From contig NW_005434547.1 of NCBI RefSeq assembly GCF_000315625.1, positions 1 to 35,593 on the forward strand: a stretch of 35,593 bases of DNA. Reading direction: 5' to 3'. A program made the translations under genes and the position numbers. The first letter of the stretch is position 1; each line of letters starts with the position of its first letter. Source of the stretch: Guillardia theta CCMP2712 (lineage: Eukaryota > Protista > Cryptophyta). Positions 1-10,933 of this stretch are shown in pieces. A model generated the notes under the pieces. The model was not told the origin of the DNA. It ran no database searches and worked only from the letters and a program-made list of their open reading frames with translations.

Positions 1-860
1 GCTGCTTCTTGTCCTGGAAGAACTGAATGAACTCATCCCGGACCTGCAACGAAGCATCAACTTTCACAAACCCTCATCCTCCCTTCCCCACCTTCTTCGC
101 CGGCCACTCTGTGTTGACTTGATTTTCTTCCCTTGTCCGTCATCCACAACACATCCTCCCTCCTCTAGCTACCTGAAGAGGATACCGAGCTCGCAGATGC
201 CATGGACCACCTCCTGCTCCCTGCCCTCACGGGTGACTCCCAGCTCCTACCAGGCACAGCAGCACCAGAAGTCGAGCCAGCTCCTACGAAGATACCTCCG
301 CCTCGCAGAGCAGGGGAGAGGAAGAAAGGCTGCGGAGGTCTAGGTGAGACAGCGAGACAGCGAGCACAAAACAGCAGCAGAGTAGAACAAGATCAGCGGG
401 AGATAAGATAAGGAGGAGAGAGATGTGGTGAGGTGAGGTGAGGTAAGGTGAGGTGAGGTGAGGAGGAAAGGAGGAAAGGAGAGGAGGAGGGGTGAGGAGG
501 AGAGAGAAGTATCACCGTCTTTCCCTTGTGTGATTGCAGGCAGAAAGCACGAAGAGGAAGTCCAACGCTTCCTGCTCGCCGGGAGGATCAGCAGACCGCA
601 TGGAGGACTGTTCCAACAAACCCGACTGCCGCATCGAGACAGATGAGAATGCCGATGTTCTGAGAGAGAAAACGCGCCCATGAGCAGGAGAGATCCTGTT
701 AAGAGGAAAAAAAGGATAGAGGGGAGAGGGAAAGCATGTTGGGGGCGGGGGGCGGGGGGCGGTGGGGGGGGGAGTGGAGGAGGAACCAACACAAGGAAAT
801 AATGAGCATGGATCACCTTGCAACCAGTGGTATCAGAACCAGGAGCGCATTTCTGCGCAT
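1..860 (-). CDS. alaS: Alanyl-tRNA synthetase, 5' part (multi-exon, continues beyond the window start), with N-terminal targeting-like extension
   Basis: Spliced minus-strand exons give ...NTEWPAKK|VRDEFIQFFQDKKQ (exon 1-43 follows a ttgcag acceptor). This matches the eukaryotic AlaRS N-terminus WpaxxVRxxFixFF..K.H. An internal ATG lies at 203 (MASASS) and an upstream ATG at 860 (MRRNALLVLIPLVAR). Only ~25 conserved residues are visible. Confidence 0.78.
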
Positions 861-1314
861 GGTCTGCATGTCAAAAGCTCTAAATCATGGTGTCAGATAA
901 AAGCAATCATCATTCCATCTCCGGCTTTTCCAGCACGGCAATATTTTCCTAATGCGCTTTGAGTCTAGGACTTTGCCCTGGCTCTCCCGCTCATCAGCTC
1001 TCTCGCTTCTGGTCGCTGCTTCATGTCTGAGCTCTTCCTCTAGCATCTTCTCTTCTTCTCTTCAGTCGTCTGCATCATCCTCCACTTCTCCCCTCCCACT
1101 CCCTTCCATCGTCCCATCCCAGCGCTGTTCCCCAGGCATGGCGGCCGCCTCCTAAAACCTCCTATTTGGCGGGGGAGAAGACATTTGAGGGTATGACATC
1201 AATAGTAATTGTATCATTTTCAAATTTAATACATATTTTTCAAGATTTTTTCAACACCTATCCTGTAATTGTTGACGTAGGGAACTTCGATACTTCAAGT
1301 TCCGAAGTATGATT

Positions 1315-2120
1315 CGGCCGGGCCGGCGCCGCACCGTCCGACCGTAATCCCCGGCGGGCCCGCCCCGGGGCCGGCGGAACTTGCCACTAGTCACGGCACT
1401 GCTAGTACGCCGGGGCCCCGGGCCGGGTGCCCTGGTCCGATCACCGAGCCTGTCTTGCTAAGGTCCTCTCATCAGTGCCGCAGTGCGACCACGGTCTCAG
1501 CGGTACGGTCACCGCCGTTGGCCGCGCACGGCACTGTCGCCGGATTACTAGTTATCATGCGGCCGCCGCAGCCGGGCATGATGGCTTGGCCGCTGAACTG
1601 AGGCTTGCCAACTTGACTCACTATGAAAAAAATGGTTCAGTACCGGGTGGGTCACGCATCACTGAGCGTGACATGCCATGATGATGATGGCATACAGGCT
1701 GTTACCGTGACGGTCGGACGGTGACACGCGGCCTCGCGGCGGCCGGCCCGGGCGGGCGGGCCTGAGTCACCGGGGGCCGCCGCCGGCAGTGGATCGGCCC
1801 CCGACCGTCACGACCGACTCGGACCGGGACTCTCCGCCGCCGGGCCCCCCGGCCGGGGCGCGGCCCGACCGGCCGCGGCGGCGCCGCGTCCGCCGCCGCG
1901 ATCGGCATCATCGGGCCGCATTGCGTGGGCCTCTCATCATCATCAGTCACGGTGGCATTCATGTGAGTCAGTGTGCCGCTGTGCCGCGCCAGGCGGCGGA
2001 GCAATGCCACTCTGACCCGGTGATGATGAGAGGCCCCGGCGCCACGGCACGGCGGCGGCCACCGGCCGCGGCCGGGGGCCGCGCCGCCGGGCGGGCCGGG
2101 GTCGGTGGCTGAGTGGCACA
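1315..2120. other. GC-rich intergenic island built from short palindromic words (ccgg, ggcc, gtcac/gtgac, ctgag/actcag)
   Basis: Very high GC with recurrent short motifs. Its ORFs are P/R/G/A-rich noise. It lies between divergently oriented gene starts. Confidence 0.7.
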
Positions 2121-2483
2121 CAGCGTTGACATTTTGATTTGTCTGTTTTGGGCTGTATGCTTTCCCGTGGGGGGGTTGTTCTGCTTTCTAGGTAGATTTG
2201 GGGGTGGCGTGTTTGAGAATCTGAAATAGGGTTCGAATTCAGCTTTATAATTCTCATTTTGTTTTCCAATAAGATATTTTAGACTGTATTGTGTAATGGT
2301 TGAGTATAAACAGAGAAGTAGGGCTACACCCCACAAGTTACAGTCAGATCGTGGGGTAGTCTACCAACTTAGTTGTAAAGCCTTCTTGTGGTACAAATTT
2401 ATAAACAAGTTTGAAACTCCCCCTACACGCCATGAGCCTCCCCTTGCACGGGGCACGTCGCACCGCTCTGTACTGCCCTAACG

Positions 2484-4350
2484 ATGGCTCGCAAACAGCA
2501 AGCCCGCGGCAGCGTGTGCAGATGTCAGATGTTCACCGAACATACTCATGGGAAATTCCTGAGGTGTAGAGATGATGATCCTTGAGGAGTGCTTGGTAGA
2601 GCTCGTGAATCTCACGAAAAATCGTTTGGTAAGCGAAGAGCATGAATAATACAAGTGAAAACACCATCACAGGGTTACATTGCAATCGAAACCAAAGCGT
2701 AAAATACCCTAAGCTATCTGTGATGCATGACAGGGAAACTGAGTTGGAGTAAATGGATGGAGGTTACACACAAGACGACAGGGAATCATCATCAGATGGT
2801 GACTGGATTGTTCAAAAGCTGTACGGTCACCTGTGAGCTCAAGAACACATATCTGCACGACTATGTCTGATAGTCTCGCAAGAAGATGCCAATAAATAAT
2901 GCACGGTGCATTTTAGCAGTGAGCTGCTCGACTGCTTGAAACAACCATGATCCGCAGTGCTGTCGAATGATGTCGGACAAGCAAGTCCCGTGGTTCGTGA
3001 AGGATTCTTCATCTGATTTTCAAGGACGTGTTTGAACGATGAAACATTTTGCAAATCACCAAGGCCTAGGTCATTTCATCACATGATGCATCATGTGAAT
3101 ATTACTGGTGTGAACTTGCATCGGATTTTGTTCATCAATGAGCCGCTGCCAAGCAGATGATCTCAACGCAAACATGAGCACTTTTGAAGATGCCAATATT
3201 CCAGGCCGTAGAGCATGTATGATGTGGCCACATGTCACATGCTTCTTGGTTCACATAGATACACCTTCGCAAGGCAAAAGATGGAACGTGTTCTTGATTA
3301 CAAGGAGGTCGGTTGTGCTTTTACCCTGATTGAAACTCTTCTAATAAAGATGTGATACCCTGGATGTGGAATTCTATTTATTGATTCACAGCGTTTGTGA
3401 TCCTTTTACAATCACCGAGTGCTTGTTCTGTTGAACAAGGCACTCCTCTGTAGTGCCACATGCGACAAGAACTCTACAACTGCACGGCAGCATTGCGAAC
3501 CGTCAAAACAAGGCAGGATTGATTCGAAGAACATCTCATTTATTTTTATTGATGCTCAAATTTATCTGCACATTGTTTCATTTCTGACTAGGTTTCTGAA
3601 GCGTTGTGGAAACATCATGACTGAGGAAGAAATCCAAGTGCAGAAAAATCATCCTACGTCATGAAACATGGAAATGCAATGGTCAATGCACTTGATCATG
3701 GATATAGTGATTCATGATCAACAACAATTCTCTACAGTAATCTATGCGAGCAGGTGAAGTCATCCTTTTTGCAAACGTCTCTTCATGCACCGTTGAACGG
3801 TTGAGTGCGTGTGAGCCTGTCCTCTGTAGAAAAGTGAAGTGCATGAATCCTGACCGTAAGACTAGAAGAATTGAAAGTGAGCGATGACATGAGAACATAT
3901 TGTTAGACAGAAAAGTCGCTCAAGGTACAGTTGAATACAAATTTCTCACAAATCATGCATTTGTGCGCAACGTGCAACGCACTGCAATTTGAAAGAAGGG
4001 TCAATCAGAGTTGATTCTGTTCAATGGTGTATCCATTATTAGTTCCTTACCTGTTCATAAAAATGTCATCATGTCTTCGAAGCATATTTGCAAGTACACT
4101 CGCGGATTGTATGAACCAAGGGCACATATTACATTACACGCTGGATGATTCAAACCTTGGCCCAACCTGCAGAGTTGAGAAAGAAGCTCGATCATCTCTT
4201 ACAGATGTGATATGAGATCTTCATCTCATTCCTATCTCAGTTGGGTTGGATTCGAAGTCTCTCAATATCAAGGTTCATCCTCGCGAGTCAGGAAGGCACC
4301 ATTTCATCGCCTCTTGCTCGTCCAGGGAGAGGGGGCTTGGGGAATGAGAA
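2484..4350 (+). CDS. Possible intron-rich hypothetical gene or pseudogene
   Basis: ATG at 2484 (MARKQQARGS), then regularly spaced GT..AG pairs around short open exons (e.g. RFLKRCGNIMTEEEIQ, ELRKKLDHLLQ). A continuous frame was not established. Confidence 0.35.
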
Positions 4351-5376
4351 AAGGGGGCTACCCCCCACCCCCTATTACACAGTTTCAAATCCTTTCAAAG
4401 GTGGGTGGTTGAGGGTGCTCCATGCCTACCCCACCCCCCAACAACAGTCAAATGGAGGGGTTCTCGGAAGTCGAAGTTCCGACCAGTTTGGCCCTCATTT
4501 TGTACCATGTAAGAGCTGCAATTTTAAGTTGGTACCACAGATACTCCTAAAATGCGTACTTTTACATTGGTTTGGCGTGGTGAGGTGTCCACGCCACCAA
4601 ATTCAAATCACCCTACCTCTCTTTGGCCCTGCACAGCAACGATTTTCATGAGAGCGACTACCCTCCCACATGACTTCTCAAAGGAGGGTACTCCCAATTG
4701 GCATGGAATGAAGGGACCCCTCAGGTCCTTCGAAAAAAAAAAAATATTGCCAATTTTTCCTATGAGCGCCCGGCCGGAAAAGCAACGCTATGCTGGCCGC
4801 CGTGCCCAGGCTCACTGACTCCCGGCGCCGCGCGGCCTTGAGGCTAATTTAGGCCGCAGTAGGGCCTCACTGACCGCTCGCCGAGCCGCTCGGAAACCAG
4901 AAGAATCTCATCAACTCTTCCATATCATTGCAATCAAGAGGAGGAGCTTGAAAACATGTTTGACGTAGTAATGCAAAATGTATATTTGGATCTGCAAACA
5001 AACATCTGACAAAGGGACGTTGACTGAACCCTGAACCAAAAGCAGCTCCAAATGTTATGGTCGGCTGATAAGCCAGGGGGACTTCCGACATGTTTATAGC
5101 CTCGGAATCCTACACATGATTCCTGGGGATTCCTGGCACAGCGATCGGACGGGCAGAGGAAGGAGAAATCTGAATATGATCAGCCCAGTGGTCGGGGGGC
5201 ATGATGTTTGAATTGCAGATCCGACCTCTGGCGGCCCGCGTGTAAAGGCGTGTAGCCGAAAAACAACCTTTTCAAAAATGAAAATGAGCAGGTTCATTGA
5301 TAAACAACTCATGTAAGAATAAAACAGCTTCCAGGATTCATGCAAACATATCAAGATTTCAAGCTTGTTCAAACCT

Positions 5377-5422
5377 AACAGTACAAATTTTCAACGGCAA
5401 ACAGTACAAATTTTCAACGGCA
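5377..5422. repeat. 23-bp tandem duplication (aacagtacaaattttcaacggca x2)
   Basis: Two identical adjacent copies read directly from the sequence. Confidence 0.9.
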
Positions 5423-5499
5423 ACGGCGGATGAAAAACCGAGGGCCCAAAGACCCCTTTCGAAACTTTGAAAACACCAAAGGACGGGCATTCGAAACTG

Positions 5500-5882
5500 A
5501 TACCATGGAACGGTGCCATGCTGAGCCTCCGAGTCGGCCTCACCGTTACGGTAGGCTGTTTCCGACGACGTGCCGCAGTCACTGTGCGGCTCGCCGTTTG
5601 GCACTCGTCACGTACCGTGATCTTTAACTTAACGGAAGTTCAACTTGTTGAGTAAAGCCTGTTTCGAGTCGTGCCTGAGTCTGCACTGGAATGGCATGAC
5701 AGTGACAGTGCCGATTCCTGATTCTGGCAACCGTAGCACCGGGCTCCACAACTCTTTGGCCGGGCGGACGGCCCACGGTGCCTCCCGGAGTCACAGTGCC
5801 GGGAGGCGCGCGGCACGGCGGCACCGGCGGCACCGGCGCCCGTGCCCGGGCCCGGCCGCGGCTCAGGCTCGCCTCGGAGCCC
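5500..5882. other. GC-rich intergenic island
   Basis: Same motif vocabulary as 1315-2120, grading into an almost pure C/G tract at 5760-5880. Confidence 0.6.
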
Positions 5883-6060
5883 GAAAATCTGATTTTAGCT
5901 GTCAGTTTATTACATTGCTACGATCTTAAAACTAGTCAAACTCTACCATTCCTCTACTACAGTAAAAATAGTGATCGTCATTTGTACGAACATTCCTTCA
6001 CAAAAATACTATTTAGTTTCTATAAACATATATAGAAAATTTAGAGTTTTAATTTTCAAA

Positions 6061-6790
6061 GGATACAACCCTCAGCCCCCTGTTCCTCCTCTGGTCTTCC
6101 CACCCCACCCCTACCCAGCCATACTCCCCATATTCACCCGGGCTTATACCCACCCCTGTATCTCCCAACTGGCCGTACCCTACCCTCCATTTGACCAACC
6201 AATTCCGAATATTGTACCCGTGTATTCCCCACATTTTCTCATGCACCTGTTTGCCTGACGTACTACCCCTACCCCCTGTGTTCAAGGACCCCTACCTTTA
6301 AACTCGAGTGATCCGCTGTGTTACCACCCGTATTTGCCACCCTCTAGCGCCTCCTTCATTGTCCCCCCACCCCTCACCCCTAATTTCTCGGGATTTCTAC
6401 CTAAGTTGACGGGGTCCTGAAGCAACGATGCCCTCCTCCACCCCTGCTTTAACACCCCCTTACCCCCACCCCCCATATTTAGACTCAGTCGTGGCATCCG
6501 ACTGTTAGTTGGCGGAGGGGGTGCGCAGGGCGGTTGACAGGGGTAGGGACAAAAGTTTTGCATGGGGTGGAACATAGCATGTTCGGTGTTTGGACCATAT
6601 AGTGGTGGGTAGATTCGAGTATAGACAAGGGGTACTTTATGGTTGGCTGCACAAGTCTAGGGGTGGGTATGATTCCCTGAGGGGGTCCAGGTAGAGGCTA
6701 CCAGGGGTTGGTACAGGTAAGAACGAAGGCGATCGAAAGACAGGGAGGGGTACATTTTGTATAATTGGGGGGTAGGGTAGTCTGGTGTTG
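6061..6790. repeat. TACCC/GGGTA-rich degenerate low-complexity block with a strand switch near 6500
   Basis: Many taccc(c) words in 6061-6480, then gggta/gggtag words in 6510-6790. Confidence 0.7.
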
Positions 6791-8029
6791 GACGGAAATG
6801 CAGTGAATATCGGACAACAGGGGAAGGGGAAGGAGAGGAGAGAGGAACCGGGGAGGTGGGGCGGAGAAAGCCAGGGAGAAACAGAACAAGTTGCAGATAG
6901 AGAAGGCTGAGAAGCTTCTGTTTGTGTGAGTTCTGATGAGAGCAAGAGTGATGAGGGAGGAAACGATGTTTCTTGTTTGAGGCGCCATGATATAGCCCCG
7001 GCCGCTTCTCTGATGTTTCAGTTTATGAAGTAACTGTCTTTGTTAAATGCACAGATACAAGATAAGATGCAGAAGTAATCAGTTGTTTTGCAGAAAACAG
7101 GGAAAGGATTTAACAATCTCGTACCAGGGCTAGATGAATTCCTCTTATTACACGGGTATTCCTCATCAGCAATAGTATCTCGTGGCTGCTCGAGGTCATG
7201 GGTGTTGTCATTCGGCTGTAAGAACCTGTTGGAATCTCGACACGACTTGAGCGTCATGCGTTAAGGCGCTCAAGTCATGTTTTGATGGCATCTTAGCGAG
7301 GGTGCAAATTCAATCGTTCGCAATGCACGGATTCTAGAGTAGACGTTACATGCTAAGTTAGAACGTGGGTAATCGGTCACGTTTGATTTGAAACCCTCAG
7401 ATGAAATATGAATTCAGTATTTTGATTCGAAGAATATTGAATGTGATGGGTTGATATGTAGAATGTGTACAGTAAGGACACTCTACTTGGACAGAGCATG
7501 TAGGTGTGAATGAAATTTTCCAATCTCAAAGTAGACTGTTTGGAAGCTCAAACATAGTTGTCAATATGGATATTTGTATGCACTGAGATCAAACCAACCT
7601 ATCATCAATTCGATCTAACTTCTCGAGCAGATTTGCAAACGGTGCATTTTGTGTTTCTGAACGAGTGAAGGAGAAAATAACGATCTGAACTTTGTCTGGG
7701 GCAACAAGTTTTTCAAAAAGTTTTTCAAAACGTTATTCGCGTCTGTTGATGCGATAGGGGACAATTACATCAAAATTATTCAAAAAAGGCGTTGCCATGA
7801 GCTCCACTTCGTCTCCGGTTGGCCCAACCCCGATGGAGATTCGGGGTGAGCGGTTTGCTGTCTCCTTCTCCTTCTCCTCTTTTTCTCCCTTCTCCTCCCT
7901 CTTTCCTCCCTCCTGATCCCCTCTCCTCTTTCCTCTTCTCCATCCTCCTCCTCCTCCTCCCTCCTCTTCCTCTCTGATCGCAGTAACTTTCAGACGATTC
8001 TAAGACTCCCACGCACCATCTCTCGTTCA

Positions 8030-10278
8030 ATGTAAGTCAGCTTGTGGGGGAAAGCCTCGCCAGGGTGACCGTGACCCTCGTCCAGGGTGGCGAAGATAGG
8101 GACAACTCTCCAGCTCCTAACAGAGCTGACGGTGAGCCAGCGCACGGAAAGAGATCGGAGGGAGCGTCAGCCAGTACACGTCCGGACGAGGTTGAGGTGG
8201 ACGTGGGAGCTTCGGAAAGGAAGAAAGAGGAGCGAGGAGCGGACAGGTTCTACGTCGGGTATTGGAATGATCCTCTCTGCTCCTAGAACACACTGATACC
8301 TTGGCAGAGGGTATGCCGTTGGCGGGAGCAAGGAGAACCGGGAAAGGCTGTCGGTCAGCAAGCACTGCTGGGTCCTCGTGTTGCTGACTGCTGGGCAGCT
8401 GCTGGACTCTCCTCTCTTCCGAGCTGTGGGCAACGCGGACGCGGATGCAGTGGACGATCTCTACAAGAAAGGTGACGAGCGACGGTCAAGGCAGCCAGAC
8501 ATTGAGCCTCCTCCCCTCGCAGACCCGCATCAGATCCTCAAGACATACGACTGGGGCTGGTCCATCAGCCACTTCGCGGCTGCTACTGGAATGGTGAGCT
8601 GGGCAGCTGCTGGGCCCCGCCCCACCTGCTCGCTGAGTCAGCTTGACGCGCGGTGAATGCGATGTTGCAGTACGAGATCCTAGAGTGGACGGCCGAGAGG
8701 AGGGAGACGAAGGAGCTTCTCACGAGGTTCCGCTGCCGCTGCCCTCCTCCTCATCCTTTCGTAACTTTCGCGCAGGGTCAACGACTGCGGGCTAACCCCA
8801 ATGCACTATGCTGCTGCTAACGGACAAGTGTGATTCATCCTCTCCACTTCAGCTCCCTCCCTCTCTCTCTCCCTCCCTCCCTTCCTGAATGACTAGGGTG
8901 GCCAAAAGACCGTGTGGTAAGGAGGAACAGTGAATACAGGGCAAGGTGCGATGATATGCGACCAGAACTGTGTAGTACAAACGACATGTGTTATCGCGAC
9001 GACGGTGATCATGATAATCATGATTNNNNNNNNNNNNNNNNNNNNNNNNNNNNNNNNNNNNNNNNNNNNNNNNNNNNNNNNNNNNNNNNNNNNNNNNNNN
9101 NNNNNNNNNNNNNNNNNNNNNNNNNCCTCCCTCCCTCCTCCTCCTCCCTCCCTCCCCTCCCTCCCTCCCCTCCCTCCCTCCCTCCCCTCCCTCCCTCTCC
9201 TCTATCCTTCCCGTTCCCTCTATCTCCTTCGCCTGCTCGCTTCTTTCGTCGCTCATTTGCTCTTCTTCTTTCAGTATGACGCGCTCGAGTTTCTGGTCCG
9301 AACTGTCCCTGGTTCTTGTTTCTCCCTCCGCAAAGCTCAAGGCTCTGACCGCACCCGCCTCAGAATGCATCTTCGCCGAGTGCAACGACGGCAGGAAGCC
9401 CATCGGTGACGCAACTCCCACAAGCATCATCCCCCGTTCTTGCTGCTGCTCCTGCTGCTCCTCCCCCTCCTCGTGCTCCTCCTCTCCTCGTCCTCTCCTC
9501 CTCCTCCTCTCCTCCTCCTCCTCTCCTCCTCCTCCTGCTGTTCTGCTGCTTCTTCTCCTCGTGCTGCTGCTTCTTCTGCTCCTGCTCCTGCTCATGCTCC
9601 TGCTCATGCTCATGCTCATTCTGCTCGTGTTTTTCTTTCTGCTTCTCCTCCTCCACCTCCTCATGCTCCTCGTCTTGCTTCTCCATTTCCCATCCTCCTC
9701 CTGTTTCTCCTGTCCTCCTCCTCAACCACCACCAACGCCTCCTCCTCCACCTCCGCCTCCTCCTGCCCCTGCAAGTTCTTCTCCTGCACCTTTTGCAGCT
9801 CCGCCTGCTCCTGCCCCTGCAGCTCCTGCTCCTTCTCCTGCTCCCCTCCTTCCTCCTCTTCCTCCTGCTTTTGATCGCTGAACTTTCGGCAGACATCGCG
9901 AGGAAGGGCAAGTGCAAGAGGCTTCTGACCGACACGCTAGCCAAGAGGTTCTCATCATGTCGGAGCTCCGGCCCGCAGCTCACTTCCATCTCAGCGTGTT
10001 GAAGAGAAAGGCTTCCCCCGAGGGCCTCAAACTTCACATGAGGTGCTTGTGATTCCCGTCCTCCTCCTCCTCCTCCTCCCCTCCCCCTCCTTCCTTGCTG
10101 ACCCCGTGACTCTTCCCTCCTCCGCCTTCACATCCTCCTTTCCTCTTCTGGCCTCCTTCCTTGGCCCTCATGCTGAAGCAGGAAAGGAGAAGAGAAGCCG
10201 AGCATCCCTCCCCTCGACCCCGATGATCGCATGGCCAACTCCGCCGGCTGCAGCTGCTGCTTTTGGAGGCGAAAGTAA
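8030..10278 (+). CDS. Ankyrin-repeat protein (multi-exon) with C-terminal Cys cluster
   Basis: Spliced: LLDSPLFRAVGNADADAVDDLYKK-DPHQILKTYDWGWSISHFAAATGM-YEILEW...VNDCGLTPMHYAAANGQ-YDALEFLVRTVP-ECIFAECNDGRKPI-DIARKGK...GCSCCFWRRK* (TAA 10276-10278). G-x-T-P-x-H-x-A-A ankyrin motifs are present. The 5' exons are less certain, and an assembly gap lies within one intron. Confidence 0.85.
9026..9125. other. Assembly gap (100 N)
   Basis: Run of N. Confidence 1.
9406..9892 (+). repeat. Pyrimidine-rich (CTC/CTG/CTCATG) microsatellite mosaic inside an ankyrin-gene intron
   Basis: Lies between a gtgacg donor and a cggcag acceptor that join ...RKPI and DIARK... in frame. Confidence 0.8.
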
Positions 10279-10933
10279 AGGTACCTCGTCTCCTGCTCCC
10301 TCCCTTACTTGCTCTCAGCAGGCCAGATCGCGTGCCCGTCCTTCGCAAACAGGCAGTGGCGGTGAGAGAGGAAGAAAGAAGGATGGCAGAGGGTCAGGAG
10401 GGGAGAGGAGAGGAGGAGGTGCTCTTGAGGAGGGTATTTGGGCAGTAGGTTGAAAGCAGAGGAAGACGAGGAGGGTATCACCGTAACGATTGCTGGCAGA
10501 AGGAGGAGAAGAAAGATTTCCACGACAACGCCTTCTCAGTCAGCGGGCGCGATCGTTTTCTCAGCGGGGGGCGAGAGAGGTTCCATTCGGGCCGAGGGTC
10601 TTTGCCGGAAGAGACCATCTACTAGGGGCCCCGGCAGTTCCTCCGCGCCTTCTATAACAGTTTGCAGAGCTGAAATATTTTTCCTCCTTTACGTTACTGG
10701 GTTTGTCAAGAGTTGGGACTAGGGCGATGGTTCAACATGTCAGACTATCTCATTCAGATTTGTATTGCTGAGCTATGAACAAAAAAGGCATCCAAGCACT
10801 ACCTCATGTATGTACATCTCCTTTCATTCCCTTACCTCCTCCCCACTTCACCCCACCCCACACGCCTCGTTTCCCTTTGTCCACTCTCCTCTCTCCTCTC
10901 TCCTCTCTCCTCTCGCTTGCCCCGTTTCGTCCT

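Noticed and set aside
290-310. Second LRGG motif in the AlaRS leader
   Set aside because: It appears in only one of several possible splice and frame models, so it is not counted as independent support.
1062-1139. Minus-strand ATG in a strong gccgccATG context as the AlaRS start
   Set aside because: It stops after 25 codons and I found no convincing intron to rescue it; at most a uORF.
5618-5675. Faint resemblance to the 3' end of 5.8S rRNA (gatcttt...gcctgtttcgagtcgt)
   Set aside because: The conserved 5.8S core motifs and flanking rDNA are absent; judged a chance match.
8849-10037. Long ORFs of poly-L, poly-S/C and poly-E/R (198-271 aa)
   Set aside because: They arise from a stop-poor microsatellite intron of the ankyrin gene and its antisense strand.
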